Made by a program: the position numbers and the translations under genes
In this document: positions 21,989 through 33,220 of the stretch, piece after piece
Layout of the letters: the number at the start of each line of letters is the position of its first letter
Numbering within the stretch: position 1 is the first letter of the stretch
The notes under the pieces: generated by a model
Told to the model about the DNA's origin: nothing
The model's database searches: none
What the model saw: only the letters and a program-made list of their open reading frames with translations
Assembly: GCA_963665115.1 (NCBI GenBank)
Contig: OY762007.1
Span: forward strand, 3,072,001 to 3,136,000
Direction of reading: 5' to 3'
Length of the DNA: 64,000 bases
Source of the DNA: an uncultured Rivularia sp.
Lineage (GTDB): Bacteria; Cyanobacteriota; Cyanobacteriia; Cyanobacteriales; Nostocaceae

Positions 21989-22160
21989 AAGTTAATTTGC
22001 TCTTTAATGATGAATAGGTTGTCTTCCATCAAACTTACTTATCCAAAAACAAAATCCCATCAACACAAAATAAACTCCCTAATTCCAAAGCCTGTTGTGA
22101 AGTTATTTCTAAATCACCATTTTCAAACAATTATCAATTAACAATTACCAATTACCAAAT

Positions 22161-22445
22161 TTAACTTTGTGATAAAAAATCGATTTTAGGTAATAACGGA
22201 TCAGTTACCATACCCACACCATTAAAACTCCATCGTTGAAGTACAGTTTTTAATTGAGTACCTGAAACAGTTTCTACACCGAGACGGTTAGCTAAATCGC
22301 CAGCATGAGTATTGATATAGCTCAAAGCATCAAAATTTTCACGAAACAGCAGCACAAAAGTAGACGCATCATCTTCATTTGGACGTGCTGCCAAATAACG
22401 GCCATCAGCTTTAGAACGAATTAAATAATACGTTTCAGACAACAT
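22161..22445 (-). CDS. Small hypothetical protein
   Basis: 94-aa ORF with ATG start and globular composition, downstream of the ABC permease. Confidence 0.7.
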   Translation of the reverse strand: MLSETYYLIRSKADGRYLAARPNEDDASTFVLLFRENFDALSYINTHAGDLANRLGVETVSGTQLKTVLQRWSFNGVGMVTDPLLPKIDFLSQS

Positions 22446-22451
22446 GGGATT

Positions 22452-22676
22452 CAGGTTAAAGGTTAAAGGTCAAAGGTTAAAGGTTAAAGGTCAAAGGTTA
22501 GGAATTATGAAAATATTTGTAGTGGGAGCATCTTGCTCCCTTTATAATTTACCCTACTTATCAATGCCCAATGCCCAATCCCCAATTCACCATGCCCAAT
22601 CCCCAATTCACCATGCCCCATGCCCAATGCCCCATGCCCCATGCCCAATGCCCCATGCCCAATCTCCAATGCCCAA
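22452..22676. repeat. Heptamer STRR tracts (AAAGGTT/C and ATGCCCC/A)
   Basis: Direct reading: 22452-22500 and 22561-22676. Confidence 0.85.
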
Positions 22677-22677
22677 C

Positions 22678-23727
22678 CTAAGATTTCCCAAGAGTAATCC
22701 TTGGATCGGCAACTTTGAGTAATAAATCTGCTACTAAGTTACCAACAATTAATAAAATTGCGCTCATTATCAAGCTAGCCATTAGTACATATATATCTTG
22801 AGCGCGTACTGCTTGCAAAGTTAGTCTACCTAAACCAGGCCAGTTGAAGAAAAATTCGGCGATAAAAGCACCACTTAATAAGGCTGCTAGCTCAAAACCT
22901 AATAAGGTAATTAATGGGTTAATGGCATTACGAAGCGCGTGAACGTAAATAACGCGATTTTCCGGTAAACCTTTGGCTCTAGCTGTTTGAATGTAATCTT
23001 GACGCAATACATCCAACAATTCACCGCGAGTAATACGCTGCAATCCAGCAAAACTGGTAACACTCAAAGCAATTGTGGGCAAAATCATGTGCCAAAGAAT
23101 ATCAATAACTTTTCCCAAGGGTGAAAGTTGAGCATGAAAAATGCTTGTCATACCTCCAACAGGAAACAGAGGAGCAGTAATTTGAGCAAAAATCAATAAC
23201 AACAAAGCTGTAATAAAGCTGGGAAAACCTTGTCCGGCATAGCTAAGTACTTGCAAAATTCTGTCTGTAGCCTGGTTTTGTTTGACAGCAGCGAAAATAC
23301 CCAAAGGAATGGCGATCGCCCAAGTTAAAATCAAGGAAGCAAAAGCTAAAAGTAATGTCGCGGGTACTCTTTCCCATATTAGTGAAGCTACCGAACGCTG
23401 AAAAACAAAACTCTGACCAAAATCTCCTTGGGAAATAACTCGCCACAGCCACAAAAAATATTGAACGTGCCAAGGTTTATCCAAACCAAACTGTTGTTGC
23501 AATTCGAGAATTCTTTCTGGAGAAATTTTAGGATTTTGCCGCAGGTTATCTAAATAATCCCCTGGAGCCAGTTGAATAATAATAAAAGAAACTATCGACG
23601 CTAAAAAAATCGTCAGCAGCGCCTGTAATACTCGTTTGACAATATAAAGAAATGTTTCGCTAGTAACTATTTTGAGCAAAGAATCTCGACTCGATTCCCA
23701 AAAGCTTTTTGACGTTGTTGCAGTCAT
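22678..23727 (-). CDS. Peptide/nickel ABC transporter permease (OppB/AppB family)
   Basis: FGLDKP...QY, GDFGQS, EAA loop DYIQTARAKGL, FNWPGLG, ADPRI. Confidence 0.92.
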   Translation of the reverse strand: MTATTSKSFWESSRDSLLKIVTSETFLYIVKRVLQALLTIFLASIVSFIIIQLAPGDYLDNLRQNPKISPERILELQQQFGLDKPWHVQYFLWLWRVISQGDFGQSFVFQRSVASLIWERVPATLLLAFASLILTWAIAIPLGIFAAVKQNQATDRILQVLSYAGQGFPSFITALLLLIFAQITAPLFPVGGMTSIFHAQLSPLGKVIDILWHMILPTIALSVTSFAGLQRITRGELLDVLRQDYIQTARAKGLPENRVIYVHALRNAINPLITLLGFELAALLSGAFIAEFFFNWPGLGRLTLQAVRAQDIYVLMASLIMSAILLIVGNLVADLLLKVADPRITLGKS

Positions 23728-23818
23728 AGCACCTGAATTAGAGGTTAAAGGTTAAAGGTTAAAGGTAGAGGGGGTAAAAATTACCAATGCCCAATGCGAG
23801 GGGGCCCAATTCCCAACT

Positions 23819-24337
23819 TTAGTATTCAACAAGAGAAACAATCGGCACGTCTGGTAGTTTTTTACGACCTTGTAATTCTTGTAGCTCGATGATAAATGCA
23901 AATCCGACTAATTCACAGCCTACCTTTTGAATAAGTTCGGCTGTAGCGCAAGCTGTTCCACCTGTGGCAATTAAATCGTCGGCAATTAAAACTCGACTTC
24001 CCGGTTGCAAAGCATCCTGATGCACTTCTAAAGTATCCGTACCATACTCTAGTGCATATTCAATTGCATGAATTTTTGCCGGTAATTTACCTTTTTTACG
24101 GACGGGAATGAAACCAGCTTCTAATTTATATGCTAGAGGTGCCCCGAAAATGAATCCTCGCGACTCCATGCCTACTACAAAATCTGCTGTCATTCCAGCA
24201 TCAATACATTTTTGCGTAAATAAGTCAATCGTGTATCTTAACCCTTGGGCATCGCGCAGCAAAGTAGTGATATCTCTAAATAAAATTCCGGGTTTAGGGA
24301 AATCAGGAATGTCCCGAATTAAAGATTTAAAATCCAT
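23819..24337 (-). CDS. apt: Adenine phosphoribosyltransferase
   Basis: [35 protein letters not shown]. Confidence 0.97.
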   Translation of the reverse strand: MDFKSLIRDIPDFPKPGILFRDITTLLRDAQGLRYTIDLFTQKCIDAGMTADFVVGMESRGFIFGAPLAYKLEAGFIPVRKKGKLPAKIHAIEYALEYGTDTLEVHQDALQPGSRVLIADDLIATGGTACATAELIQKVGCELVGFAFIIELQELQGRKKLPDVPIVSLVEY

Positions 24338-25125
24338 AATATAGAAGAGTCTACAATTAGTACTGTTCTCAAAACCTTACCCTAAATCTTAGTGCTGGGA
24401 AACCGAAACAGTGGGATGGTTATCAATTAACTATCAGCAAGCATTTAAAACTTTTTCTATCCGATAAAATATTTTACAGATTTGAATTACCAACAGAAAA
24501 TTTAATTAGAGCCGTTTTTTAAGTTTATTTTTAACGTCTTTTTAGTATATGAGGTCTAATATATAACGTCGGGGAAATTTTAGCGATGGAGGTTCAAAAA
24601 TTAGTAGATCGGTATTATTACAAATGACTTTACGCAGCATATCGCGACAGAATAATTGAATTGACAACCGAATTGCAGCGATCGCCGGTTAATACACCGC
24701 GACAATACATAAGTACATTCATATGTATGGTTATTGCAACAAATTGTTGATGTTAGCTGTAAAGAAGAACCCGTAAAGGTTTAGGCTATAGTGGAGCTAA
24801 CTGCTTTCGGCAAAGCAAACGCTATTGAACGTGCAGCAGCTAATTTGCTCGCATTTAACAGAATATACGCCAATTATCCAAGTTGCGATAGCCCTTTATA
24901 ACAACGCGAAGGCGTATCGCACTAACCAAATTGCAAACGGATGAACTAATAATGGTTTAAAACTTAGATTTTCGGTATACGGAAAGCTTGGATATGAAAC
25001 AGTAATTAATGTATATATCAGGCAGTTGGATTACTGCCATATGCCAACATATTTATATTTGGCTACCATTGTTTAATTAATTTTACCTATTTTTCTAGGA
25101 TAGCAGCCCTACAAGGAACTGATAA

Positions 25126-25752
25126 ATGAATGTTTCCGCTCCTTCAACGCCGATGAACAGTTCGGCAGAACAAGATTTGCCAATGATTCTGGACACCCTA
25201 CCCGATCCAGCAATAGAGGGACAAGGGTGTCCTCGTAGAACTAGACAACAAATTGACCTTATTTTACTCGCAATTGAAGCTTTGGATCTTGGCGGATCTG
25301 AAGCAATTTTGGCATTTGCTCAAGAATTGGATCTTAAAGGTATTATCAAAGATAGAGTAAATTTATGGCGGATGCGTAGCACTAATCCTTTACGCAGAGC
25401 TAATATTCGCCGTCCTTTAACCATTATGGAAGCAAAAGCTTTAGTGGTTATTTCCTGCTATTTAGCTAGGCGATTGACGGTTGTGATTCGTCAATTGTTA
25501 ATGATCAATCAACAGATGGTTGAAAAGCAGATTCCCTTGGAACAGAATTTGCGTCTCTCTAATTATTTGGAACGATTTCGAGCGCATTTTAGAAGCCGCA
25601 TGAATAAAAGACGTTCTGGATTAATGGCACTTAATTCTGACGATAAATTAAATGAACTGGCTGTGAATCTATTAGCACAGTTACTTTTCTGTACGGGAAC
25701 AGCCGGAATGCAGCGCTTCTGGATTAGTCTTTTTGATGGTGAAGTGGAATGA
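25126..25752 (+). CDS. DUF3038-family cyanobacterial protein
   Basis: IDLILLAIEAL...LWRMRSTNPLRR...LLFCTGTAGMQRFWISL. Confidence 0.8.
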   Translation: MNVSAPSTPMNSSAEQDLPMILDTLPDPAIEGQGCPRRTRQQIDLILLAIEALDLGGSEAILAFAQELDLKGIIKDRVNLWRMRSTNPLRRANIRRPLTIMEAKALVVISCYLARRLTVVIRQLLMINQQMVEKQIPLEQNLRLSNYLERFRAHFRSRMNKRRSGLMALNSDDKLNELAVNLLAQLLFCTGTAGMQRFWISLFDGEVE

Positions 25753-27161
25753 ATATTCAACGTAAATACAGTTTACCTAATTGCACGCTACTTTTAGAAG
25801 GTTTAAATGACGCTTCAAAAACCACACAGTTTCAGGAAATGCGCCCGGAATTGTCTATTTTGGTAAATGCAGAATGTACTGTATCTGGCTATACTCAAAG
25901 CCTAGCGGGTGGTAGAGATTTTTTTGAAAGTTTGGTTAGAGCTGTTAGTGCCTATGCTCAAGAGTTTTTGAGTCATGTTTCTAACCCGCAAGCGCACAAC
26001 TCCGAATCGGAATTAGTGCAGCTGGAAAAAATTAATGCTAATAGCCACAAATTAAAAGTACTTTCGGACATTGCTCCGGGGGATTTAAATAATGGTGGCA
26101 ATGGCAAACACACAGTGGAAGTTAATTTAAATTCAGTACAATTGTTCGACTTGGTAGAAGCGGTCGATCAATTTTTTGCGGATACTCAGACTTTACCAGA
26201 ATTAACGCTAGAACTACAACCAGTTGCTAGACCTCATAGTGCCGTTAGTGGTGCTTTACTCCAACAAGCAGTTCCGGCAACTGTCGGACTTGGTACTTTA
26301 GCTGCTGCTGCGATCGCATTTAATTTAATGCCAGCACCAGAATTTAAAGAACCAGTTGAAGCAAAAGAAAAGACATCAACTGCACAAACCGTTGAGCCAA
26401 AAACCGAAGGTAATAAAACTCAACCAAACGCAACTCCGACTAATACAGCATCGGAAAATACACCGCAACAACAAGTAAGGGATTTAGATAAGCTACTTAA
26501 TTCTGCTCCCGAAATTACGAACGGATCGCGATTGAGAAAGCTAAACAATCAAGTATACAACCAGGTGAATCAAGCTTGGGAAAATCGTGGAGAATTGCAA
26601 TCTGACATAGTTTATCGTATAGGCACGGCTGCTGACGGTGCGATAATCGGTTACAAAGCAATAGATAAAACAGCCAATGCGGCTATCGATCAAACTCCCC
26701 TACCCAAATTACTTTATAGCCCTGCTTCAAGTGGTGCGATCGCCAACGAACCAATTGCTCAATTTAGAGTAGTTTTTAGAAGAACGGGAGTACTAGAAGT
26801 TAGTGCTTGGAGGGGAATTGGCAATAAGTCCGATAATCTAGGCACAAAAATTACTGACGAAAAAGTACTTTCTAATTTAAATCAAAAACTATCAGCATCT
26901 CTAAACCAAAATTCTGGGGGTAATACTACTTATAAGGAAGATTTAAAATATCGAGTAGCGGTTAAGCAGAATGGGGCGATCGCCGACTACGAACCCCTAA
27001 ACAAAGCAGCCTATGATAATTTTCGACAAACACCCATTCCTAAATTATTCCCAAGTGATAATACTAATAATGTAGAGACTAAAGAACCCTTAGCTCAATT
27101 TCAAGTTGAATTTAAACCAGGTGGGAAAGTCGAAGTTACACCTTGGCAGGGCTATCGGTAG
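25749..27161 (+). CDS. DUF4335-family membrane-anchored protein
   Basis: RKYSLPNCTLLLEGL...QLFDLVEAVDQF; one TM segment; duplicated C-terminal domain; coupled to DUF3038 gene. Confidence 0.75.
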   Translation: MNIQRKYSLPNCTLLLEGLNDASKTTQFQEMRPELSILVNAECTVSGYTQSLAGGRDFFESLVRAVSAYAQEFLSHVSNPQAHNSESELVQLEKINANSHKLKVLSDIAPGDLNNGGNGKHTVEVNLNSVQLFDLVEAVDQFFADTQTLPELTLELQPVARPHSAVSGALLQQAVPATVGLGTLAAAAIAFNLMPAPEFKEPVEAKEKTSTAQTVEPKTEGNKTQPNATPTNTASENTPQQQVRDLDKLLNSAPEITNGSRLRKLNNQVYNQVNQAWENRGELQSDIVYRIGTAADGAIIGYKAIDKTANAAIDQTPLPKLLYSPASSGAIANEPIAQFRVVFRRTGVLEVSAWRGIGNKSDNLGTKITDEKVLSNLNQKLSASLNQNSGGNTTYKEDLKYRVAVKQNGAIADYEPLNKAAYDNFRQTPIPKLFPSDNTNNVETKEPLAQFQVEFKPGGKVEVTPWQGYR

Positions 27162-27170
27162 TTGGGATGG

Positions 27171-27367
27171 GGAGACAAGGAGACAAGGAGACAAGGAGAC
27201 AAGGAGACAAGCAGACAAGGAGACAAGGAGACAAGGAGACAAGGAGACAAGGAGACAAGGAGACAAGGAGACAAGGAGACAAGGAGACAAGGAGACAAGG
27301 AGACAAGGAGACAAGGAGACAAGGAGACAAGGAGACAAGGAGACAAGGAGACAAGGAGACAAGGAGA
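27171..27367. repeat. Octamer tandem repeat (GGAGACAA) x about 24
   Basis: Direct reading; one variant unit GCAGACAA near 27211; followed by CACTACT/CCTAACT heptamers 27385-27440. Confidence 0.95.
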
Positions 27368-27444
27368 AATAAATTCCTTATTTGCTACTCACTACTCACT
27401 ACTCACTACTCACTACTCACTCCTAACTCCTAACTCCCAACTCT

Positions 27445-29712
27445 TCACCTGACAACTTTACCCATATAACTTCCCCATAGTTGAGCAGCTTGAGCGCTGC
27501 TACCAGAAGTGGGAGAATTGTTATCGTTTCCTAACCAAATACCCGTCGCAAGTCGCCTACCGGGGATAAAGCCAATAAACCACAAGTCAACATTTTTATC
27601 TGTGGTGCCGGTTTTTCCACCTTCTCCAAATCCAATCGCAGCACCGCGCCCCGTACCTCTAGTGACTACTTGACGCATTAAATTAGTCATGGTGTTGGCT
27701 ACGCCAGTTTTCAAAACTCGCTTGTTAGCTTCTTGATCTTGATTGAAATCATAAATTACGCGGCAGGTTGTTAAATCATTACGGTTTTTACAGTCACTGC
27801 TGTCAAGAATCCGTTTAATGGCATGGGGACGATTCCATACACCCCTGTTACTAATAGTCGCGAAGGCTCCAGTCATCTCTAATACTGTAGTTTCGCTTTG
27901 CCCTAGCACTAAACCAGGAACTGGATTAAGTTCCGAACGCACTCCCATACGTTTTGCCATTTTTACTACGTTATCTAGCCCAACATTTTGAGCAACTCGC
28001 AGAGCAATTGGGTTTTCTGAGAGAGCATATCCAGTCTCAACGGTTAAGGGAGCAGTTCCACTTCTACAAGGTTTATACCTAATACCCTGCCATCTTACAG
28101 AAGTACAGCCATAAGTTCTTCCTGTGGAAATTCCTTTTTCGATAGCGGCGGTGTATGGAAAAACTTTAAAGGTGGAGCCAGGTTGTCTTTTAGCTTGAAA
28201 AGCACGATTAAACTGGCTGGTGGCAAAATCGCTACCGCCAACCATTGCCAAAATACCGCCCGTACTTGAATCAAGAGTAACTATAGCTCCTTGAGAAAAC
28301 CCAAAACTTGCTCCGGCAGTTTTGATATGGTTTTTTAGTGCAGTTTCAGCTTCGGCTTGGATTCTTGGGTTCAACTGAGTTTCAATAATAAAATTTCCTT
28401 CAGCCGCCAAGTCTTTTCCCAAAATAGATTCAAGCTCGTTAAATACATAACTGTAAAAATAAGGAGCAATTCTTTCGGCTTGACGCTCGCAAACCTTAGA
28501 ACTGACTTCAATCGGCGAACGTCTGGCGCGATTATACTCATCTTGTTTGAGATCGCCCATCTGATTCATTCGCTCTAAGACGCGGTTGCGATAACCTATA
28601 AGATTGCGCCTGCTTCGGGTATCGCCGCAAAAATTAAAACCGTTAGGGGCGGGTAAAATTCCGACCAAAGTGGCAGACTCCGCTGCGGTTAGATCTTTAG
28701 CTGATTTATCAAAATAATACCTTGCAGCATCCTCAAAACCTGAAGTATTTACTCCTAGATAAACCCGGTTAAGGTAGCTAAGCAAAATTTCGTCTTTACT
28801 GTAAAACGTTTCTAGCTTTAACGATACAATTGCTTCGCGTACTTTACGTCCTAAAGAATCCTGTCTACCTACATAATCCCGGAATAAACTGCGGGCTACT
28901 TGCTGAGTAACCGTACTAGCACCTTGTCGAACATCACCGCTGCGGGTATTAATCAACACGGCTCGCAAAATACCGTAAGGATCGACACCGAAATGCCAAT
29001 TAAAGCGGCTATCTTCCGAAGCTACTACAGCTGAAGCTAAATAAGGTCCGAAATCGGACAGCTTTTTCAAATCTACGTGAGCGGTGGTTCGAGGCTCTTG
29101 TAAAGGTGTTGCACCATCACCAGCATAAACAACTACTGGCCCTTGAGTGGCTGCGGGTAAAGGTCGCACGGAGAATTTCAGCCACTCTACGCCAATTACC
29201 AACGTCAGTAAGGCACTGACACCAGCAACTCCTAAACCCGCCCAAGTCGCAGCTTTGACGTAAAAAGGTGGAGGATCTGAATATTGTAAACGTACCGAAG
29301 CTGCCAGTTCCGGTGGTCCTAAAGTTAGAACATCGCCGTGACGTAATTCCAAAGAATCAACCCTACGCTTACCTCGATAAATGCCATTAGTTGATTTTTC
29401 ATCCTTAATGACAAAAACTGGCTTGCGTTGAGAGGAATCTCGCGATAGCGACAAATGAATTTGGCTGACTACCGGATTTCGGACAACAATATCGCAGGAT
29501 TTAGAACTGCGACCGATCATATAGCGATCGCCAAGCAAAGGATACATTTGGGCGTTCGTTGCACCAGCTTCTTGAACCAAAAGTTCTGGCACTCTCGCAT
29601 TAGGCTTGAGCGCCAGCTTGGAAAAATCGACCTGAGCTTGAATTGTCTGTACTGCTTGAGTCAGTTGACCAAGTAAAGTTTGCGGCTTTTTAGGGGGTTG
29701 AGGGGAACTCAT
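27445..29712 (-). CDS. FHA-domain class A penicillin-binding protein (transglycosylase/transpeptidase)
   Basis: FHA (IGRS...VVSQIH...STNG), EDSRF, GASTVTQQ, STFK, KTGT. Confidence 0.92.
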   Translation of the reverse strand: MSSPQPPKKPQTLLGQLTQAVQTIQAQVDFSKLALKPNARVPELLVQEAGATNAQMYPLLGDRYMIGRSSKSCDIVVRNPVVSQIHLSLSRDSSQRKPVFVIKDEKSTNGIYRGKRRVDSLELRHGDVLTLGPPELAASVRLQYSDPPPFYVKAATWAGLGVAGVSALLTLVIGVEWLKFSVRPLPAATQGPVVVYAGDGATPLQEPRTTAHVDLKKLSDFGPYLASAVVASEDSRFNWHFGVDPYGILRAVLINTRSGDVRQGASTVTQQVARSLFRDYVGRQDSLGRKVREAIVSLKLETFYSKDEILLSYLNRVYLGVNTSGFEDAARYYFDKSAKDLTAAESATLVGILPAPNGFNFCGDTRSRRNLIGYRNRVLERMNQMGDLKQDEYNRARRSPIEVSSKVCERQAERIAPYFYSYVFNELESILGKDLAAEGNFIIETQLNPRIQAEAETALKNHIKTAGASFGFSQGAIVTLDSSTGGILAMVGGSDFATSQFNRAFQAKRQPGSTFKVFPYTAAIEKGISTGRTYGCTSVRWQGIRYKPCRSGTAPLTVETGYALSENPIALRVAQNVGLDNVVKMAKRMGVRSELNPVPGLVLGQSETTVLEMTGAFATISNRGVWNRPHAIKRILDSSDCKNRNDLTTCRVIYDFNQDQEANKRVLKTGVANTMTNLMRQVVTRGTGRGAAIGFGEGGKTGTTDKNVDLWFIGFIPGRRLATGIWLGNDNNSPTSGSSAQAAQLWGSYMGKVVR

Positions 29713-30163
29713 GGGCTATTCACACCACGGTTATTATTTAATAATCGGGCAAAATGCTGCCCTAAAATGCTGTTATTTCACCATTCTATTCACAAGAATA
29801 TATGAAGTTTGGCGATACTGAATTGTTCCAGTACACATATGATACAAAATCTACACTTAATTATCGAAAAATCGCGGTTATTTTTATTACAGCGTCTTGA
29901 TGGTAATTGATTGATTGTTGATTCCTTAATTGTTTTCAAATATTTGTTTTTTCTTGTTTTAGAGCATCATTATCTGACAAAGCAACACTATGGATACAAG
30001 TATATATATCAACTAATAGGCTGCGGAAAAGTGATGAAATATTTATATTTTTAATTATCAAGCTATATAAATTTAAAAAGACACATCCTCATTTAGACAG
30101 ATTTTATAAATCCATTTGTTTGATTTAATGGGCGTTGGTATTACTTTTGAGGAGTGAATAATT

Positions 30164-31315
30164 ATGAAGGGCAAATTTCTAACCCTTATTGGCACAGCCC
30201 TGACTCTAGCATTAAGTAGCACTGTTGCAGTTGCTCAATCGACTAAATTTCCTGAGCGAGACTTTCCAGAGCGCGAGGAACCTACAAGTATTTCAGAATC
30301 TGATGATAATCTTGTTGCTGCGGCAGAAGAAGAACTTTCGCCAGATGCAATGGAGATTTTATGTGTCCGCTTCCCACTCAATTCTCGTTGCTCCGGTGCA
30401 AATGCAGCAACCCCCTCTCCAGAAGAATCAACAACAGAAGAAAGTATGCCTGCGGAAGATAGCACTTCCCCAGATAACAGTTTTGAAGAAACTACACCAG
30501 GGGCACCTCTTCCAGGTACAACTCCTGAAGGCATAACTCCAGCACCAGGGGCACCTCTTCCAGGTACAACTCCTGAAGCAATTCCAAGCGAAGATGATGC
30601 TCCAACAAACATCACTCCAATGCCTGGTGATGTAACTCCTGAAGCAATTCCAAGCGAAGATGATGCTCCAACAAATATCACTCCAATGCCTGGTGATGTA
30701 ACTCCTGAAGCAATTCCAAGCGAAGATGATGCTCCAACAAATATCACTCCAATGCCTGGTGATGTAACTCCTGAAGCAATTCCAAGCGAAGATGATGCTC
30801 CAACAAATATCACTCCAATGCCTGGTGATGTAACTCCTGAAGCAATTCCAAGCGAAGATGATGCTCCAACAAATATCACTCCAATGCCTGGTGATGTAAC
30901 TCCTGAAGACGTAACTCCAAGCGAAGATGATGCTCCAACAAATATCACTCCAATGCCTGGTGATGTAACTCCTGAAGCAATTCCAAGCGAAGATGATGCT
31001 CCAACAAATATCACTCCAATGCCTGATGGTGTAACTCCCGAAGGAGAAGCAACCCCCAGCGAAGAAGATGATGCTCCAATGAATATCACTCCAATGCCTG
31101 ATGGTGTAACTCCTGAAGGAGAAGCAACCCCCAGCGAAGAAGATGATGCTCCAACAAACATCACTCCAATGCCTGGTAGTGTAACTCCTGATTCAGATTC
31201 CCCTAGCAACATGAATCAGCCAGGAGAAACAACTCTTCCCGATTCAGATTCCCCTAGCAGTACCGAAGAAATGACTCCTACTGAAGGTGGAGCAAAGATA
31301 TTAGCTCCTCAGTAA
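30164..31315 (+). CDS. Exported acidic Pro/Thr-rich protein with 22-aa tandem repeats
   Basis: RBS GAGGAG; signal peptide ending AVA; CVRFPLNSRC; 66-bp repeats VTPEAIPSEDDAPTNITPMPGD. Confidence 0.8.
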   Translation: MKGKFLTLIGTALTLALSSTVAVAQSTKFPERDFPEREEPTSISESDDNLVAAAEEELSPDAMEILCVRFPLNSRCSGANAATPSPEESTTEESMPAEDSTSPDNSFEETTPGAPLPGTTPEGITPAPGAPLPGTTPEAIPSEDDAPTNITPMPGDVTPEAIPSEDDAPTNITPMPGDVTPEAIPSEDDAPTNITPMPGDVTPEAIPSEDDAPTNITPMPGDVTPEAIPSEDDAPTNITPMPGDVTPEDVTPSEDDAPTNITPMPGDVTPEAIPSEDDAPTNITPMPDGVTPEGEATPSEEDDAPMNITPMPDGVTPEGEATPSEEDDAPTNITPMPGSVTPDSDSPSNMNQPGETTLPDSDSPSSTEEMTPTEGGAKILAPQ

Positions 31316-31362
31316 GAGTGAAAATTGGATACTGATTTAGTAGAAAACTAAAAAATAAGAGT

Positions 31363-31449
31363 AAAAAAATAAGTTCTGGTTTCTCGCATATTGGTAATTG
31401 GCTTTAAAGCTATACCTAATACCAATAGCGGGTGTCCAGAATTTTTTTT
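31363..31449. terminator. Long hairpin flanked by A and T tracts between convergent genes
   Basis: AAAAAAA..TTCTGG..TATTGGTA / TACCAATA..CCAGAATTTTTTTT. Confidence 0.5.
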
Positions 31450-31527
31450 GAATGCAACTAAATCTAATCCTGAATTAAGAAACCGGGTTTCTCAAAATTA
31501 AAAATTAAAAATTAAAAATGCTCATGG

Positions 31528-31998
31528 CTAAGAATGAGGATTTGGAGGTGTTTTTTGAAAAGAAGCAATTATTAAACAGGCAATACCAATATTAATAAAT
31601 ACATCTGCCAAATTAAATACTGGAAAATTGATTAATCGAAAATCCAGAAAATCTACAACATAGCTTAAGACAAACCGATCGATACCGTTGCCCATAGCGC
31701 CACTTAAAATTAAACCGTATCCCCATTGCTCCCAACTAAGTAAAACCGGAGTGAATAAAGCCAATGCTATCAATGCTATGCTCACCAATAAAGATAGCCA
31801 GCGCAACCACTCTACTTTGCCTGCAAATAGACTAAAAGCAGCCCCAGTATTTCGGACATAGGTAAAGTGAAATATTCCTTTTATTAATGGTTGTGTTTCT
31901 CCCAGACTAAAAGTTTGCATAACCCAGAATTTTGTCAATTGATCCAATACAAAACCTGTAATAGCAGTTATCCAAAAGAAGCGATTTTTTAAACGCAT
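31528..31998 (-). CDS. lspA: Lipoprotein signal peptidase II
   Basis: LDQLTK, NTGAAFS, GNGIDR, VVDF, FPVFNLAD. Confidence 0.95.
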   Translation of the reverse strand: MRLKNRFFWITAITGFVLDQLTKFWVMQTFSLGETQPLIKGIFHFTYVRNTGAAFSLFAGKVEWLRWLSLLVSIALIALALFTPVLLSWEQWGYGLILSGAMGNGIDRFVLSYVVDFLDFRLINFPVFNLADVFINIGIACLIIASFQKTPPNPHS

Positions 31999-32019
31999 TT
32001 CTGTTTTAGTTACTAACAA

Positions 32020-32608
32020 CTAATAAAACATTAAATGTCGTAGAACATATGCTATTAAAGTAACGGCACAGACTACAGCTAATTGTCCTGGTAATACAAG
32101 CAATGAATACTTTAAAATTGCTTCCAATAAGGATAAATTTTCTGTACCCTGCCAACCCAAAGCATAAGTGACGATCAAATAACAAATACCGCACAGATGA
32201 ACTGTTAACAAGCCACAAATACAACTAAATGCCAAAGTTTCTAATTTAGGGCCTCGCTTTAAAGGCAAAAAAACCACAAATCCAAGCCCCAGGAATAAAG
32301 CCTATTAGATAACCAAACTGAGAAAGCTTTACATAGCCGATACCCCCACCATCCGCAAATACGGGCAATAAAGTTAAGCCCATAACTAAATAGGCAATTT
32401 GTGAAAGCGCACCAGCACTTTTTCCTCCCAAACAACCGACTAACAGCACCCCACCAATTTGATAGGTAACACCTAAAGAAAAAGCATGAATTCCTTGGTT
32501 ACTCCAACTCCAAGGTAGGGCGGCAATATAGGCTTCTAAGAAGGTACCACCCATAGTTAGTAGTAAGCCAATCATTGACCATAATAATTGGTTGGATGCA
32601 GCTAGCAT
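32020..32608 (-). CDS. bioY: Biotin transporter BioY; +1 frameshift at about 32250
   Basis: LPVFADGGGIGY...GYLIGFI; two ORFs join at FKARP|KLE. Confidence 0.85.
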
Positions 32609-33149
32609 TTACAAGATACTCATACAAAAACCGAAAAATAATGTTTTGTTATTTGTTGACTCGTTCACAAATATACTTACATTCTTATAGAGCAAGGCTC
32701 TGTTATTTATGTCGCATCCTAGTTTAATGCGTCTAACTGCAACTGTCCAAAATCTAATTCAAAACTATCAGCAACACATGACGCTAAAGTTTTTGTAATT
32801 TTATTCATATTGCCTTTACGCTCTGTCTTGCATTCGGTAAGATATCTTCACTTAGGCTTGCCGAGTCAACTTAAAGCCCATATGCTGTTTGAATTTGCTC
32901 TACATATTCAATGTCTACGAGCCTTCGTCAGCATTAAAACCAGTTTAATCGGAGTAGGCACAACTATTATTTGTCAGCTTCATCTCTAAGATTTGAACGC
33001 AATACATATTACATCCATCTTTTTAGTGCAAATATACTGATGTGCTATTTGTTTCTTTTCTATGACTAAATAGTGTTAAGATTTTTATACTAACAAAAAA
33101 TATAATTTTCAATCTAAATGAGTACAGAGAAACAATAAAGCCAGACTTT

Positions 33150-33168
33150 GTTAACCTTCTCTTTACTG
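33150..33168 (+). promoter_or_regulatory. Pho box (SphR/PhoB site)
   Basis: GTTAACCT-N3-CTTTACTG about 50 nt upstream of pstS; resembles cyanobacterial CTTAACCT-N3 repeats. Confidence 0.65.
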
Positions 33169-33220
33169 ATTAGCAGTATATTATAAACGACACCTGCAAA
33201 ATTACCCAACTTGCACATCC

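Noticed and set aside
27090..27452. Six overlapping ORFs (LSPCLLVS / RRQGDKET)
   Set aside because: Artefacts of a stop-free octamer repeat.
30235..31212. 325-aa minus-strand ORF
   Set aside because: Antisense shadow of the repeat protein, which has the RBS and signal peptide.
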